Assembly: GCA_036478295.1 (NCBI GenBank)
Contig: JAZGDW010000167.1
Coordinates: 1 to 15,773, forward strand
DNA from: Candidatus Krumholzibacteriia bacterium
GTDB lineage: Bacteria; Krumholzibacteriota; Krumholzibacteriia; WVZY01
Length of the DNA: 15,773 nucleotides
Reading direction: 5' to 3'
The position numbers and the translations under genes were made by a program. The notes under the pieces were generated by a model. That model did not search any database and was not told the origin of the DNA. It saw nothing but the letters and a program-made list of their open reading frames with translations. Positions 8,466 to 15,773 of the stretch are shown piece by piece (position 1 is the stretch's first letter; every line of letters starts with the position of its first letter).

Positions 8466-9239
8466 GTGAACGCGCCCGGCACCGACGTCCGCAAGAAAGA
8501 CCGCGAGGAACTTCGCGAGATGTCTTTCTTCGATCACCTGGGCGATTTGCGCCGGGTCATCATCCAGTCGCTCGTCGGGATCTTCTTGCTGACAATTATC
8601 TGCTGGTTCTTTAGCGGCCGCATTCTCGATCTGCTCATCAAGGATCTCCCCGTAGAGAGCCTGTACTTCAATTCGCCGCTGGGTGCCTTCATGATCCGGC
8701 TTAGGGTAAGCCTGGTGCTGGGCATCATCATCGCCTTTCCCTTTGTTCTTTACAAGGTGTGGTCCTTCGTGGTGCCGGGTCTTTTCGCCGCCGAACGGCG
8801 GCGCGTCTATCCGCTGGTGATAAGCAGCGCGACGTTGTTCTATCTCGGCATAGTTTTTTGTTATGTGATCCTGATCCCCTTCGTTCTAAAGTTTCTCCTG
8901 GGGTTCGGCACCGAGAACCTCAACCCGCTGCTGTCCGTCAGCGCGTATTTTGCCTTTGTCGCCAGGTTGTGTTTTACGTTCGGCATTGTGTTTCAGATTC
9001 CGATCGTGGTGCTCGTACTGAGCTCGCTGGGACTGGTAACGCCCCAGTGGCTGCTCAAGCAGTGGCGGTACGGTGTTACCGTCATATTCATCGGTTCGGC
9101 GATACTGACGCCACCGGACGCCATCTCACAGGTTCTGATGGCGGTGCCCATCCTGCTCCTCTATATGGGGAGCATCCTGGTGGCGTTCGTTGTGGTTCGC
9201 AAGAAACGAGACGATGTCGATAAAGAAGCGAAGGAATGA
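8466..9239 (+). CDS. tatC: Twin-arginine translocase subunit TatC
   Basis: MSFFDHLGDLRR, WSFVVPGL..ERR, FGIVFQIP, AILTPPDAISQ; six hydrophobic segments; start codon uncertain (8466 or 8520). Confidence 0.95.
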   Translation: MNAPGTDVRKKDREELREMSFFDHLGDLRRVIIQSLVGIFLLTIICWFFSGRILDLLIKDLPVESLYFNSPLGAFMIRLRVSLVLGIIIAFPFVLYKVWSFVVPGLFAAERRRVYPLVISSATLFYLGIVFCYVILIPFVLKFLLGFGTENLNPLLSVSAYFAFVARLCFTFGIVFQIPIVVLVLSSLGLVTPQWLLKQWRYGVTVIFIGSAILTPPDAISQVLMAVPILLLYMGSILVAFVVVRKKRDDVDKEAKE

Positions 9240-9310
9240 TGGACTTATGAAAGAATTAATTGCGCAAGGCGTTATCCGCCGCTGCGGCCGCGTGACGGGA
9301 GGACACATTA

Positions 9311-9682
9311 TTGGCTAAGAGACCCAAGACCATCGCCAAGAGGATCATAAAATTTGCGCTGTCGAAGAAAGCAGAAGACGTAATGCTCTTCGACCTCCGT
9401 AAGATAACAACCATGACGGACTTTTTCGTCATCTGCACGGGAGGTTCCGACGTTCAGGTAAGGGCAATCGCCGACGCGGTGATCGACGGGTGCAAGAAGG
9501 ACAAGATAAGCGTATACAGCGTGGAGGGAATGGACGCGCTGACATGGGTTCTCATCGATCTCGTCGACGTCGTGGTGCATGTTTTCAAAGCCGACGTTCG
9601 AAAGTACTATCATCTGGAGAGGTTGTGGGGCGACGCGATCATAGAGACATTTAACGAAGAGGGAAGGGCGGCCATCCGGTGA
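9311..9682 (+). CDS. rsfS: Ribosome silencing factor
   Basis: KKAEDV..DLR, DFFVICTG, WVLIDLVDVVVHVF, RKYYHLERLWGDA; GGAGG RBS before TTG. Confidence 0.95.
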   Translation: MAKRPKTIAKRIIKFALSKKAEDVMLFDLRKITTMTDFFVICTGGSDVQVRAIADAVIDGCKKDKISVYSVEGMDALTWVLIDLVDVVVHVFKADVRKYYHLERLWGDAIIETFNEEGRAAIR

Positions 9683-11322
9683 GTTTCCGCGAGGACATAC
9701 AGAAGAGCCTGCAGGAGGCGATCAAGAAGGCGGGATACGCCACTGCCGACGTGCGCCTCGTCCTGGAGAAGCCGCGGCACAAGGAGCACGGCGACATGGC
9801 CACACCGGTGGCGATGTCACTGGCCAGGACGTTCAAGAAGAAACCGATGCAAATCGCCGAGGACATAGCGGACAAGCTGTCCTTTGCCGCGGGCGCCGTC
9901 GCCGGCGTGGAGGTGGCCAAACCCGGTTACATCAATCTCACACTTTCCCCCGAAATCCTGGCTGGCAACCTGACGGATATCCACCGCGCGGGGGATGACT
10001 ACGGCGGCAGCCGCTACGGTGACGGGATCAAGTGCCAGGTCGAATACGTGTCGGCCAACCCCACCGGCCCCCTGGTGCTGGTGTCGGCGCGCGCCGCGGC
10101 GGTGGGCTCGGTTATCGTGAACCTGCTGAGAAAAGTGGGCTTTGACGCCGAGGGCGAGTACTACGTCAACGATTCCGGCAACCAGGTCCGGGCGCTCGGT
10201 GAGAGCCTGCGTTTCCGTGTGCGCGAACGACTCGGTACGCTGGAGAGCGGCAGCGAAATTGGGGCGTACCCGGGGGCCTATCTCAAGGAGATCGCCGAGC
10301 AGGTTGCGCCCGATGAGGCCGCTCGCTGGGACTCCGAAGCCGACGGTATCGCCCGCTACGGCGACTTAGCCACCAACGTGTTGCTGCGGGGGATCGAGGA
10401 CGACCTGCGCCATTTCGGAGTGCACTTCGACAGTTTCTACCGCGAATCGAGCCTCCATCCGGAGGGAGTGCAAGAGGCCCGCAAGATCGTCGAGGACAAG
10501 GGCTACTGTTACGAGCAGGACGGCGCGGTGTATTTTCGGACTTCGGAGTTCGGCGACGAGAAAGACCGGGTTCTCATAAAAAGCGACGGGAATCCGACGT
10601 ATTTCCTTGGTGACATCGCGTACCATTTGACGAAGCTACGGCGGGGCTACAAGTGGGTGGTGGACCTGCTCGGTCCCGACCACCACGGGCATATCTCCAG
10701 GATGCAGGCGGCGGCGACGGTTCTGGGCGCCGGCACCGGTTGGCTGAGCATCCTGACCGTGGGCTGGGTACGGCTGCTCGAGGGCAAGAAACCGGTCAGC
10801 ATGAGCAAACGCTCCGGTGAGATCATTCGAATGCGGGAACTCATCGACGACGTTGGTGCGGACGTGGCGAAATTTTTCTTTCTCATGCGGCGTGCGAACT
10901 CGCCGCTGGACTTCGATCTCGAACTTGCGCGCAAGCAGTCCGACGAGAACCCGGTGTACTACGTGCAGTACGCCCACGCGAGGATCGCGAGCGTCGCGAG
11001 GTTCGCCGCCGAAAAGGGTTTGAAGCTGCCAGCCGGCGCGGAATGCCGCAGGCTGGATTCCCCCGAAGAGCGGGACCTCATGGTGCATCTGCTCTTCTTT
11101 CCCCACGTCATCGAGGGGGCGGCGATGACGCGCGAGCCAAACCGCGTGGCCACCTACGCGCAGGAACTCGCGGCGCTTTTTCACCGGTTCTACCATGTTC
11201 GCCGGGTGGTGACGGACGACGCCGAGCTGTCCGCCTCGCGTTTTTTCCTGGTGGAGGCAGCCCGGCAGGTGTTAAGGAATGCCCTGAATGTGATGGGCGT
11301 GGACGCCCCGGCCAGCATGTAA
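9679..11322 (+). CDS. argS: Arginine--tRNA ligase with degenerate HIGH motif
   Basis: HGDMAT, PGYIN, EYVSANPTGPL, EYYVNDSG, GDEKDRVLIKSDG, GPDHHG, MSKRSG, NPVYYVQYAHARI; GTG overlaps the rsfS stop. Confidence 0.95.
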   Translation: MSFREDIQKSLQEAIKKAGYATADVRLVLEKPRHKEHGDMATPVAMSLARTFKKKPMQIAEDIADKLSFAAGAVAGVEVAKPGYINLTLSPEILAGNLTDIHRAGDDYGGSRYGDGIKCQVEYVSANPTGPLVLVSARAAAVGSVIVNLLRKVGFDAEGEYYVNDSGNQVRALGESLRFRVRERLGTLESGSEIGAYPGAYLKEIAEQVAPDEAARWDSEADGIARYGDLATNVLLRGIEDDLRHFGVHFDSFYRESSLHPEGVQEARKIVEDKGYCYEQDGAVYFRTSEFGDEKDRVLIKSDGNPTYFLGDIAYHLTKLRRGYKWVVDLLGPDHHGHISRMQAAATVLGAGTGWLSILTVGWVRLLEGKKPVSMSKRSGEIIRMRELIDDVGADVAKFFFLMRRANSPLDFDLELARKQSDENPVYYVQYAHARIASVARFAAEKGLKLPAGAECRRLDSPEERDLMVHLLFFPHVIEGAAMTREPNRVATYAQELAALFHRFYHVRRVVTDDAELSASRFFLVEAARQVLRNALNVMGVDAPASM

Positions 11323-11379
11323 CGAGAAAAGCTAACGCCCGCCAAAACATAACGAGAGCAGTCAAAGGAGCACACGCGA

Positions 11380-12297
11380 ATGGCACAAGAGAATCCGCCA
11401 CTTCTCATCGTCGGGTCGGTTGCGTTCGATTCGGTTGAAACGCCCCACGGCTCCGTCGACAGGGCGCTGGGCGGCTCAGCAACCTACGCATCGCTGGCGG
11501 CGAGTTATTTTTCATCGCCCCGGGTTGTCGCCGTAGTCGGTGAGGACTTCGGCGACGAGCACATGGAGAGCCTTCGCAAACGCGGCATCGATACCCGCGG
11601 CATCGAGAAGGTACCGGGAAAAACGTTTCACTGGCGGGGCCGTTATCATGACAATATGCAGGACCGCGACACTCTGGAGACGCAGTTGAACGTGTTCGAA
11701 AGTTTCGACCCAAAGGTGCCGGCGGAGTTCCGATCCTCAAGTTTTGTTTTTCTGGGCAACATAGCTCCCGCGATCCAGCTCGAGGTCCTCGGGCAAGTCG
11801 AAGGCGCAAAGTTCGTCGGCATGGATACGATGAATTTCTGGATCGAGAGCGCGCTGGCCGACCTCAAGGCGGTGCTGAAGCGGGTCGACATGCTCTTTAT
11901 CAATGACGACGAAGCGTACCAACTGAGCGGCGAGGCGCAGGTCTTGTGCGCGGCGGAGAAAGTCCTCGACATGGGCCCGAAGTACGTGGTCATCAAGCGA
12001 GGCGAATTCGGTTCGCTGCTGTTCGGCCGCGACCTCTGCCTGTTCGTGCCCGCGGTGCTGCTGCCGAAAGTCGTCGATCCCACAGGCGCCGGTGACGCTT
12101 TCGCCGGCGGATTCCTCGGCTGGCTGGCCGGTGCCGGAGAGGTCACGCGCGGCAACCTCGCCAGCGCTATGATCCACGGTACCGTGATGGCGAGCTTCAC
12201 GGTTGAAAAGTTTTCCGTCGATGGACTGCTCGATCACAGCCCGGCCGCGATCGACCTGAGGCGTAAATTCCTCGAATCGATGACAAATTACAGCTAG
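11380..12297 (+). CDS. PfkB/ribokinase family sugar or nucleoside kinase
   Basis: GSVAFD, LGGSATY, INDDEA, VIKRGEFG, VVDPTGAGDAFAGG; AAGGAG RBS. Confidence 0.92.
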   Translation: MAQENPPLLIVGSVAFDSVETPHGSVDRALGGSATYASLAASYFSSPRVVAVVGEDFGDEHMESLRKRGIDTRGIEKVPGKTFHWRGRYHDNMQDRDTLETQLNVFESFDPKVPAEFRSSSFVFLGNIAPAIQLEVLGQVEGAKFVGMDTMNFWIESALADLKAVLKRVDMLFINDDEAYQLSGEAQVLCAAEKVLDMGPKYVVIKRGEFGSLLFGRDLCLFVPAVLLPKVVDPTGAGDAFAGGFLGWLAGAGEVTRGNLASAMIHGTVMASFTVEKFSVDGLLDHSPAAIDLRRKFLESMTNYS

Positions 12298-12336
12298 AAG
12301 TGGAGAGCTTTTTGCTGCGAGGTTGGGGCACGACTG

Positions 12337-12345
12337 TGGTATAAT
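12337..12345 (+). promoter_or_regulatory. Extended -10 promoter upstream of the hypothetical/HD-GYP/purM genes
   Basis: TG-G-TATAAT in the 96-bp intergenic gap; no good -35 at canonical spacing. Confidence 0.6.
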
Positions 12346-12393
12346 GCCGCCACTCCATGCGGTCGGCACATTTTTCCATCTCAAAACTAAGCT

Positions 12394-13134
12394 ATGGCAA
12401 CACAACGATATACACCCGACGTTATTGAACGAGCCGAGCATCTGGTCAGCCGAATTCAGGGGATCTCCTCGTGCCGCATCACATCGGACGAGACCGGGGA
12501 GATTACTGAGATTCACGTTGTTGCCACCTCCCAGAAGCCGCCCAAACTGGTCGCGCGGGACGTCGAGTCGTGCCTGAAAGCCGAAGTAGGGATATCGGTC
12601 GACTACAAGAAGATCGGTGTCGTGGTTTTCGATCCAGAATCGCCGGCCGATGACGCGCCGGTCGTCACCCCCGCTGCGTCCCCGGAAGAACCGATCCTGG
12701 AATTTCCAGTGGAGGAATTTCCAGCACGCTTTGCATTTCACAGCGTCAACGTCTTCGTTTCTCCAAAGAGCGTTCAGGCGGAAGTCGAACTCGTCAGGGA
12801 AGGCGTGGAAACTTTCGGCAGTGGCAGGGCCGAACACCCCGGCGGTTCCCACCTGCGCGTGGTCGCCGAAGCCACGCTCAATGCCGTCTCGGAATTGCTT
12901 GACGAGGAAATCCGGCTATGCTTAGCTGACGCGGTAGAGATTCTTCTTGGTGATGACACGGCGGTGGTTGTCAAAGTGAATCTTCTACAAGACCGTGCAA
13001 CCAAGAGCCTCTCCGGCTGTTCACTATATTGCGGCGACGCGAACCAGACCGTGGTTTACGCGACCCTCGCTGCGGTGAACAGGATATTGGGTGTGTTGAA
13101 ATCCAGGAGTTCAGTAGAATACAAGATCAAGTGA
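12394..13134 (+). CDS. Hypothetical two-domain protein; C-terminal domain resembles the LeuA allosteric (dimerisation) domain
   Basis: 246 aa; N-domain EIHVVA..PKLVARDVES..VDYKKIGV; Pro/acidic linker; duplicated strand-strand-strand-helix pattern ending VAEATLNAV and VVYATLAAVNRIL. Confidence 0.8.
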   Translation: MATQRYTPDVIERAEHLVSRIQGISSCRITSDETGEITEIHVVATSQKPPKLVARDVESCLKAEVGISVDYKKIGVVVFDPESPADDAPVVTPAASPEEPILEFPVEEFPARFAFHSVNVFVSPKSVQAEVELVREGVETFGSGRAEHPGGSHLRVVAEATLNAVSELLDEEIRLCLADAVEILLGDDTAVVVKVNLLQDRATKSLSGCSLYCGDANQTVVYATLAAVNRILGVLKSRSSVEYKIK

Positions 13135-13138
13135 TTGA

Positions 13139-13290
13139 TGGTGACTCGCGAAGGTGTCGTCCCACCCCGTGACACACGAAGTGGGGGGCACTTTGCGGCC
13201 AGATCTTTGAGCGCACTGCTACCAGTCACTACCGTCGGCCAGGGTCGGTATCCGTACCTACGTTTGACGGTGCAGAACCTACAGGTGTAG
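13139..13290 (+). ncRNA. Candidate structured cis-regulatory RNA (unclassified) upstream of the HD-GYP gene
   Basis: Nested stems found by eye: 13141-46/13224-29, 13147-58/13187-97, 13161-65/13181-85, 13168-71/13175-78, 13231-36/13266-71, GGTA-TCCG-TACC, CTAC-AGGT-GTAG. Confidence 0.3.
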
Positions 13291-13295
13291 ATATT

Positions 13296-14609
13296 GTGGT
13301 GCAGGGAATCAAGAACTCTACGGTTGCCTTCAAGCTGTTTTATTTCCTTTACATTATCCTCGGGTTTCTCCTCTTCGCGTACTTGATGCGGGATTTCCCG
13401 CTCGAGCGGTTCCGCGGCGTGATCCTGTTCATCGCGTTGATCATCGTGGCGGACACCGCGCAGATAACACTGCCCATGGGGGGCGCCTCGATCTATGCGT
13501 CGAGTCCCATCGACCTGGCCTCGATACTCATCTTCGGGGCGCCGGCGACCGCGTTTATTGAGGCGATCTCGACCTTTCTCTCCGAGGTTTTTATCCAGCG
13601 ACGACCGGCGGTCCGTATCGCGTTCAACGTGCCCCTCCTGATAATGACCGTCGGCATATCAGGCCTGGTCTTCGAAAGTTTCGGGCCGTACTGGACGAGT
13701 CTGGACAGCCCGAGGTTTCTTCTTCCGCTGTTCGCCTGTGGCGTGGTCTATTACGCGGTCAATACGTTTTCGATCAGCACGATTATCGCGCTCAGCGACT
13801 ACAAGAATCCGCTGAAGATCTGGAAGCAGAACTATATGTGGAATTTCTTCCACATCCTGGCCTTCTTGCCGGTGGCGGCGATCATCGCCCTGGTCTATAC
13901 GCGCAGCGGCATGTGGACCATCGTCCTGTTCGTCGTGCCGCTCTTTCTTGCCCGTTACACGTTTCAGCTGTACATCCAGATGAAGGAAGCGCACATCAAC
14001 ACGGTGTCGGCGCTGACGTCGGCGCTCGACGCAAACGATCCGTATACGCATGGTCATTCGTACCGTGTATCGCGCTACGCGCTTCGTCTGGGCAGGGCGA
14101 TGGGGCTGTCGTCGAAAGATATAGAGATCCTCGAGTATAGTGCGCTGCTCCACGATATCGGCAAGATCGCCATCAGAAAGGAAATCCTCCACAAGCCGGG
14201 AAAACTCTCCGACGAGGAACGGCGCTCGCTCAGCACCCACCCGACCATCGGCGCCGACATCGTCGAGAATCTCAAATTTCTCAAAGAAGCGGCGGTGCTG
14301 GTCCGTTACCACCACGAGCAGCCTGACGGCAAGGGTTACCCCGTCGGCCTCAAAGGAGATGAAATTCCCGTCGGTTCGCGTATACTCTTGTGTGCAGACG
14401 CATTCGACGCGATGACTTCGGACCGGCCCTATCGTAAAGGGTTGTCCGTCGACAGGGTCATGGATCAGTTCCGGCAGTACAAGGGCGAGCAGTTCGACCT
14501 CGACGTGGCGAACCTGCTTATCAGAATGGTGAACGCCGGCGAGTTTCCCCTGATCGTCGAAGCCGATCCCACGACGGCGATCTACGAATCGCTCAAGCTG
14601 CGCCTCTAG
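13296..14609 (+). CDS. Membrane-bound HD-GYP cyclic dinucleotide phosphodiesterase with multi-TM N-terminal sensor (MASE-type)
   Basis: About 7 hydrophobic segments in the first 225 aa; YTHGHSYRV, LHDIGK, HHEQPDGKGYP, ADAFDAMTSDRPYR all intact. Confidence 0.93.
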   Translation: MVQGIKNSTVAFKLFYFLYIILGFLLFAYLMRDFPLERFRGVILFIALIIVADTAQITLPMGGASIYASSPIDLASILIFGAPATAFIEAISTFLSEVFIQRRPAVRIAFNVPLLIMTVGISGLVFESFGPYWTSLDSPRFLLPLFACGVVYYAVNTFSISTIIALSDYKNPLKIWKQNYMWNFFHILAFLPVAAIIALVYTRSGMWTIVLFVVPLFLARYTFQLYIQMKEAHINTVSALTSALDANDPYTHGHSYRVSRYALRLGRAMGLSSKDIEILEYSALLHDIGKIAIRKEILHKPGKLSDEERRSLSTHPTIGADIVENLKFLKEAAVLVRYHHEQPDGKGYPVGLKGDEIPVGSRILLCADAFDAMTSDRPYRKGLSVDRVMDQFRQYKGEQFDLDVANLLIRMVNAGEFPLIVEADPTTAIYESLKLRL

Positions 14610-14637
14610 GGCGAGCTTCCAACGCGGAGACATATCG

Positions 14638-15645
14638 ATGAAGTACAAGGACTCCGGTGTAAACATCGACCGGGCGAATCGCGCCAAGGCCGCCATTGCG
14701 GCCCACGTCAAGTCGACCTGGGGCCGTGAAGTGCTGTCGAAAACCGGCGCGTTCGGTGGTCTGTTCGCGCAATCGGGTTCGTACAAGGAACCGGTGCTGG
14801 TGAGCAGTATCGACGGGGTGGGCACCAAGGTGATGATTGCCACCATGGTGGGCCGGTTCGACACCGTGGGCCGGGACCTGGTGAACCACTGCGTCAATGA
14901 TATCCTGGTGCAGGGTGCGGAGCCCCTGTTCTTTCTGGACTACCTCGCCAGTGCAGAGCTCGATGCGGAGCGCGCAAGCGCTATCGTGGAGGGCATAGCC
15001 GCCGCGTGCCGCGAAAATAACTGCGCGCTGATCGGTGGGGAAACGGCGGAAATGCCTGGTGTCTACCATGGCGAGGATTTCGACCTCGCCGGTTGCATCG
15101 TCGGGGTCGTCGAAAAGTCACGGATCATCGACGGCTCGGGCATTGCGCCGGGAGACGCGGTTCTTGCGCTGCCCTCAACCGGTCTTCATACCAACGGCTA
15201 TTCCCTGGCGCGACACGTTTTCTTCGAGCTGCTCGAGCTCGGTGTTGGCGACCGTGTACCGGAGCTCGGCTGTACGGTCGGTGAGGAGCTGCTCAAGGTG
15301 CACGCCTCCTACCTGAGCCCCGTTCGCAAGCTGATGGAATCGATCGCGATAAACGGTCTGGCGCACGTGACCGGCGGCGGCCTGCTCGACAACCTGCCTC
15401 GCATCCTCCCGGGTTCTTGTAACGCGCGCGTCGAAAAGGGCAGCTGGCCGGTGCCGCCGGTGTTTGGGTTTCTCGCGGAGAAGGGCGACGTGGACGAGGC
15501 CGAGATGTTCCGGGTGTTCAATATGGGTCTGGGAATGGTGCTGGTTGTGGCCGCGTCCGATCGGGACAAGGTCGCCGCGTGTGCGCCGGATGCCCGCGTG
15601 ATCGGGGAAATCGTGAAGGGTGACGGCAAGGTTACGCTGGTCTGA
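14638..15645 (+). CDS. purM: Phosphoribosylformylglycinamidine cyclo-ligase (AIR synthetase)
   Basis: YKDSGVNI, DGVGTK, VNDILVQGAEPLFFLDY, GGETAEMPG, GLHTNGYSL, HVTGGG, VFNMGLG; GGAGA RBS. Confidence 0.97.
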   Translation: MKYKDSGVNIDRANRAKAAIAAHVKSTWGREVLSKTGAFGGLFAQSGSYKEPVLVSSIDGVGTKVMIATMVGRFDTVGRDLVNHCVNDILVQGAEPLFFLDYLASAELDAERASAIVEGIAAACRENNCALIGGETAEMPGVYHGEDFDLAGCIVGVVEKSRIIDGSGIAPGDAVLALPSTGLHTNGYSLARHVFFELLELGVGDRVPELGCTVGEELLKVHASYLSPVRKLMESIAINGLAHVTGGGLLDNLPRILPGSCNARVEKGSWPVPPVFGFLAEKGDVDEAEMFRVFNMGLGMVLVVAASDRDKVAACAPDARVIGEIVKGDGKVTLV

Positions 15646-15667
15646 ACCGGTTGGCTCTGGGAGCTCT

Positions 15668-15773
15668 GGCGGTGCGTGGTTGGATTGCTTCCGTCGCCGC
15701 GCTCCACTTCACTCGGCGACCCGCCTGCGGCGGGTGATCCTCGCTCGTTCCCGCAACGGCTCCGTCACCAACC
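15668..15773. repeat. Palindromic REP/MITE-like element downstream of purM, truncated by the window end
   Basis: Hairpins GTCGCCG/CGGCGAC (15693-15720) and ACCCGCC-TGC-GGCGGGT (15719-15735); arm 15668-15687 is the reverse complement of 41-60 (18/20); last 45 nt equal the first 45 nt. Confidence 0.8.

Noticed and set aside
8466..9239. tatC without adjacent tatA/tatB as a novel system
   Set aside because: Unlinked tat genes are common, and tatA may lie elsewhere in the genome
13140..13225. ZTP (pfl) riboswitch suggested by GTGACTCGCGAA-GGTG..CACC with purM downstream
   Set aside because: GGCG is CGCG here, and both the GGGGAGC segment and the 3' CGCCTGGGC pseudoknot hairpin are missing
13185..13279. 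c-di-GMP-II riboswitch suggested by GGGCACTT upstream of an HD-GYP gene
   Set aside because: The conserved downstream GAG-Y-TAGT-R-GTGCAACC segment is not present at a suitable position, and the GCAC is tied up in another stem
1..15773. Plasmid, phage or transposon implied by terminal redundancy
   Set aside because: No replication, integration, transposition or virion genes; content is core chromosomal housekeeping

Overview
GC-rich (~60%) bacterial chromosomal segment from a probable diderm organism. An uncultured FCB-related lineage is a guess only. The left part (minus strand) encodes a CoA-binding protein, a 3D-domain cell-wall protein, an exported hypothetical protein, pepA and an outer-membrane beta-barrel. 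A divergent promoter region at about 4940-5110 drives a long plus-strand housekeeping run: YwlE-like phosphatase, ilvE, glyA, nrdR, tatC, rsfS, argS and a PfkB kinase. A second promoter precedes an uncharacterised protein with a LeuA-regulatory-like C-terminal domain, a structured 160-nt spacer, a membrane-bound HD-GYP phosphodiesterase and purM. The first and last 45 bases of the window are identical and lie inside a palindromic REP/MITE-like element. Best leads: the hypothetical/structured RNA/HD-GYP module, an ArgRS with no histidines in its HIGH motif, the terminal repeat element, and a Fur-box-like operator. No transposase, integrase, CRISPR array, tRNA or rRNA was recognised.
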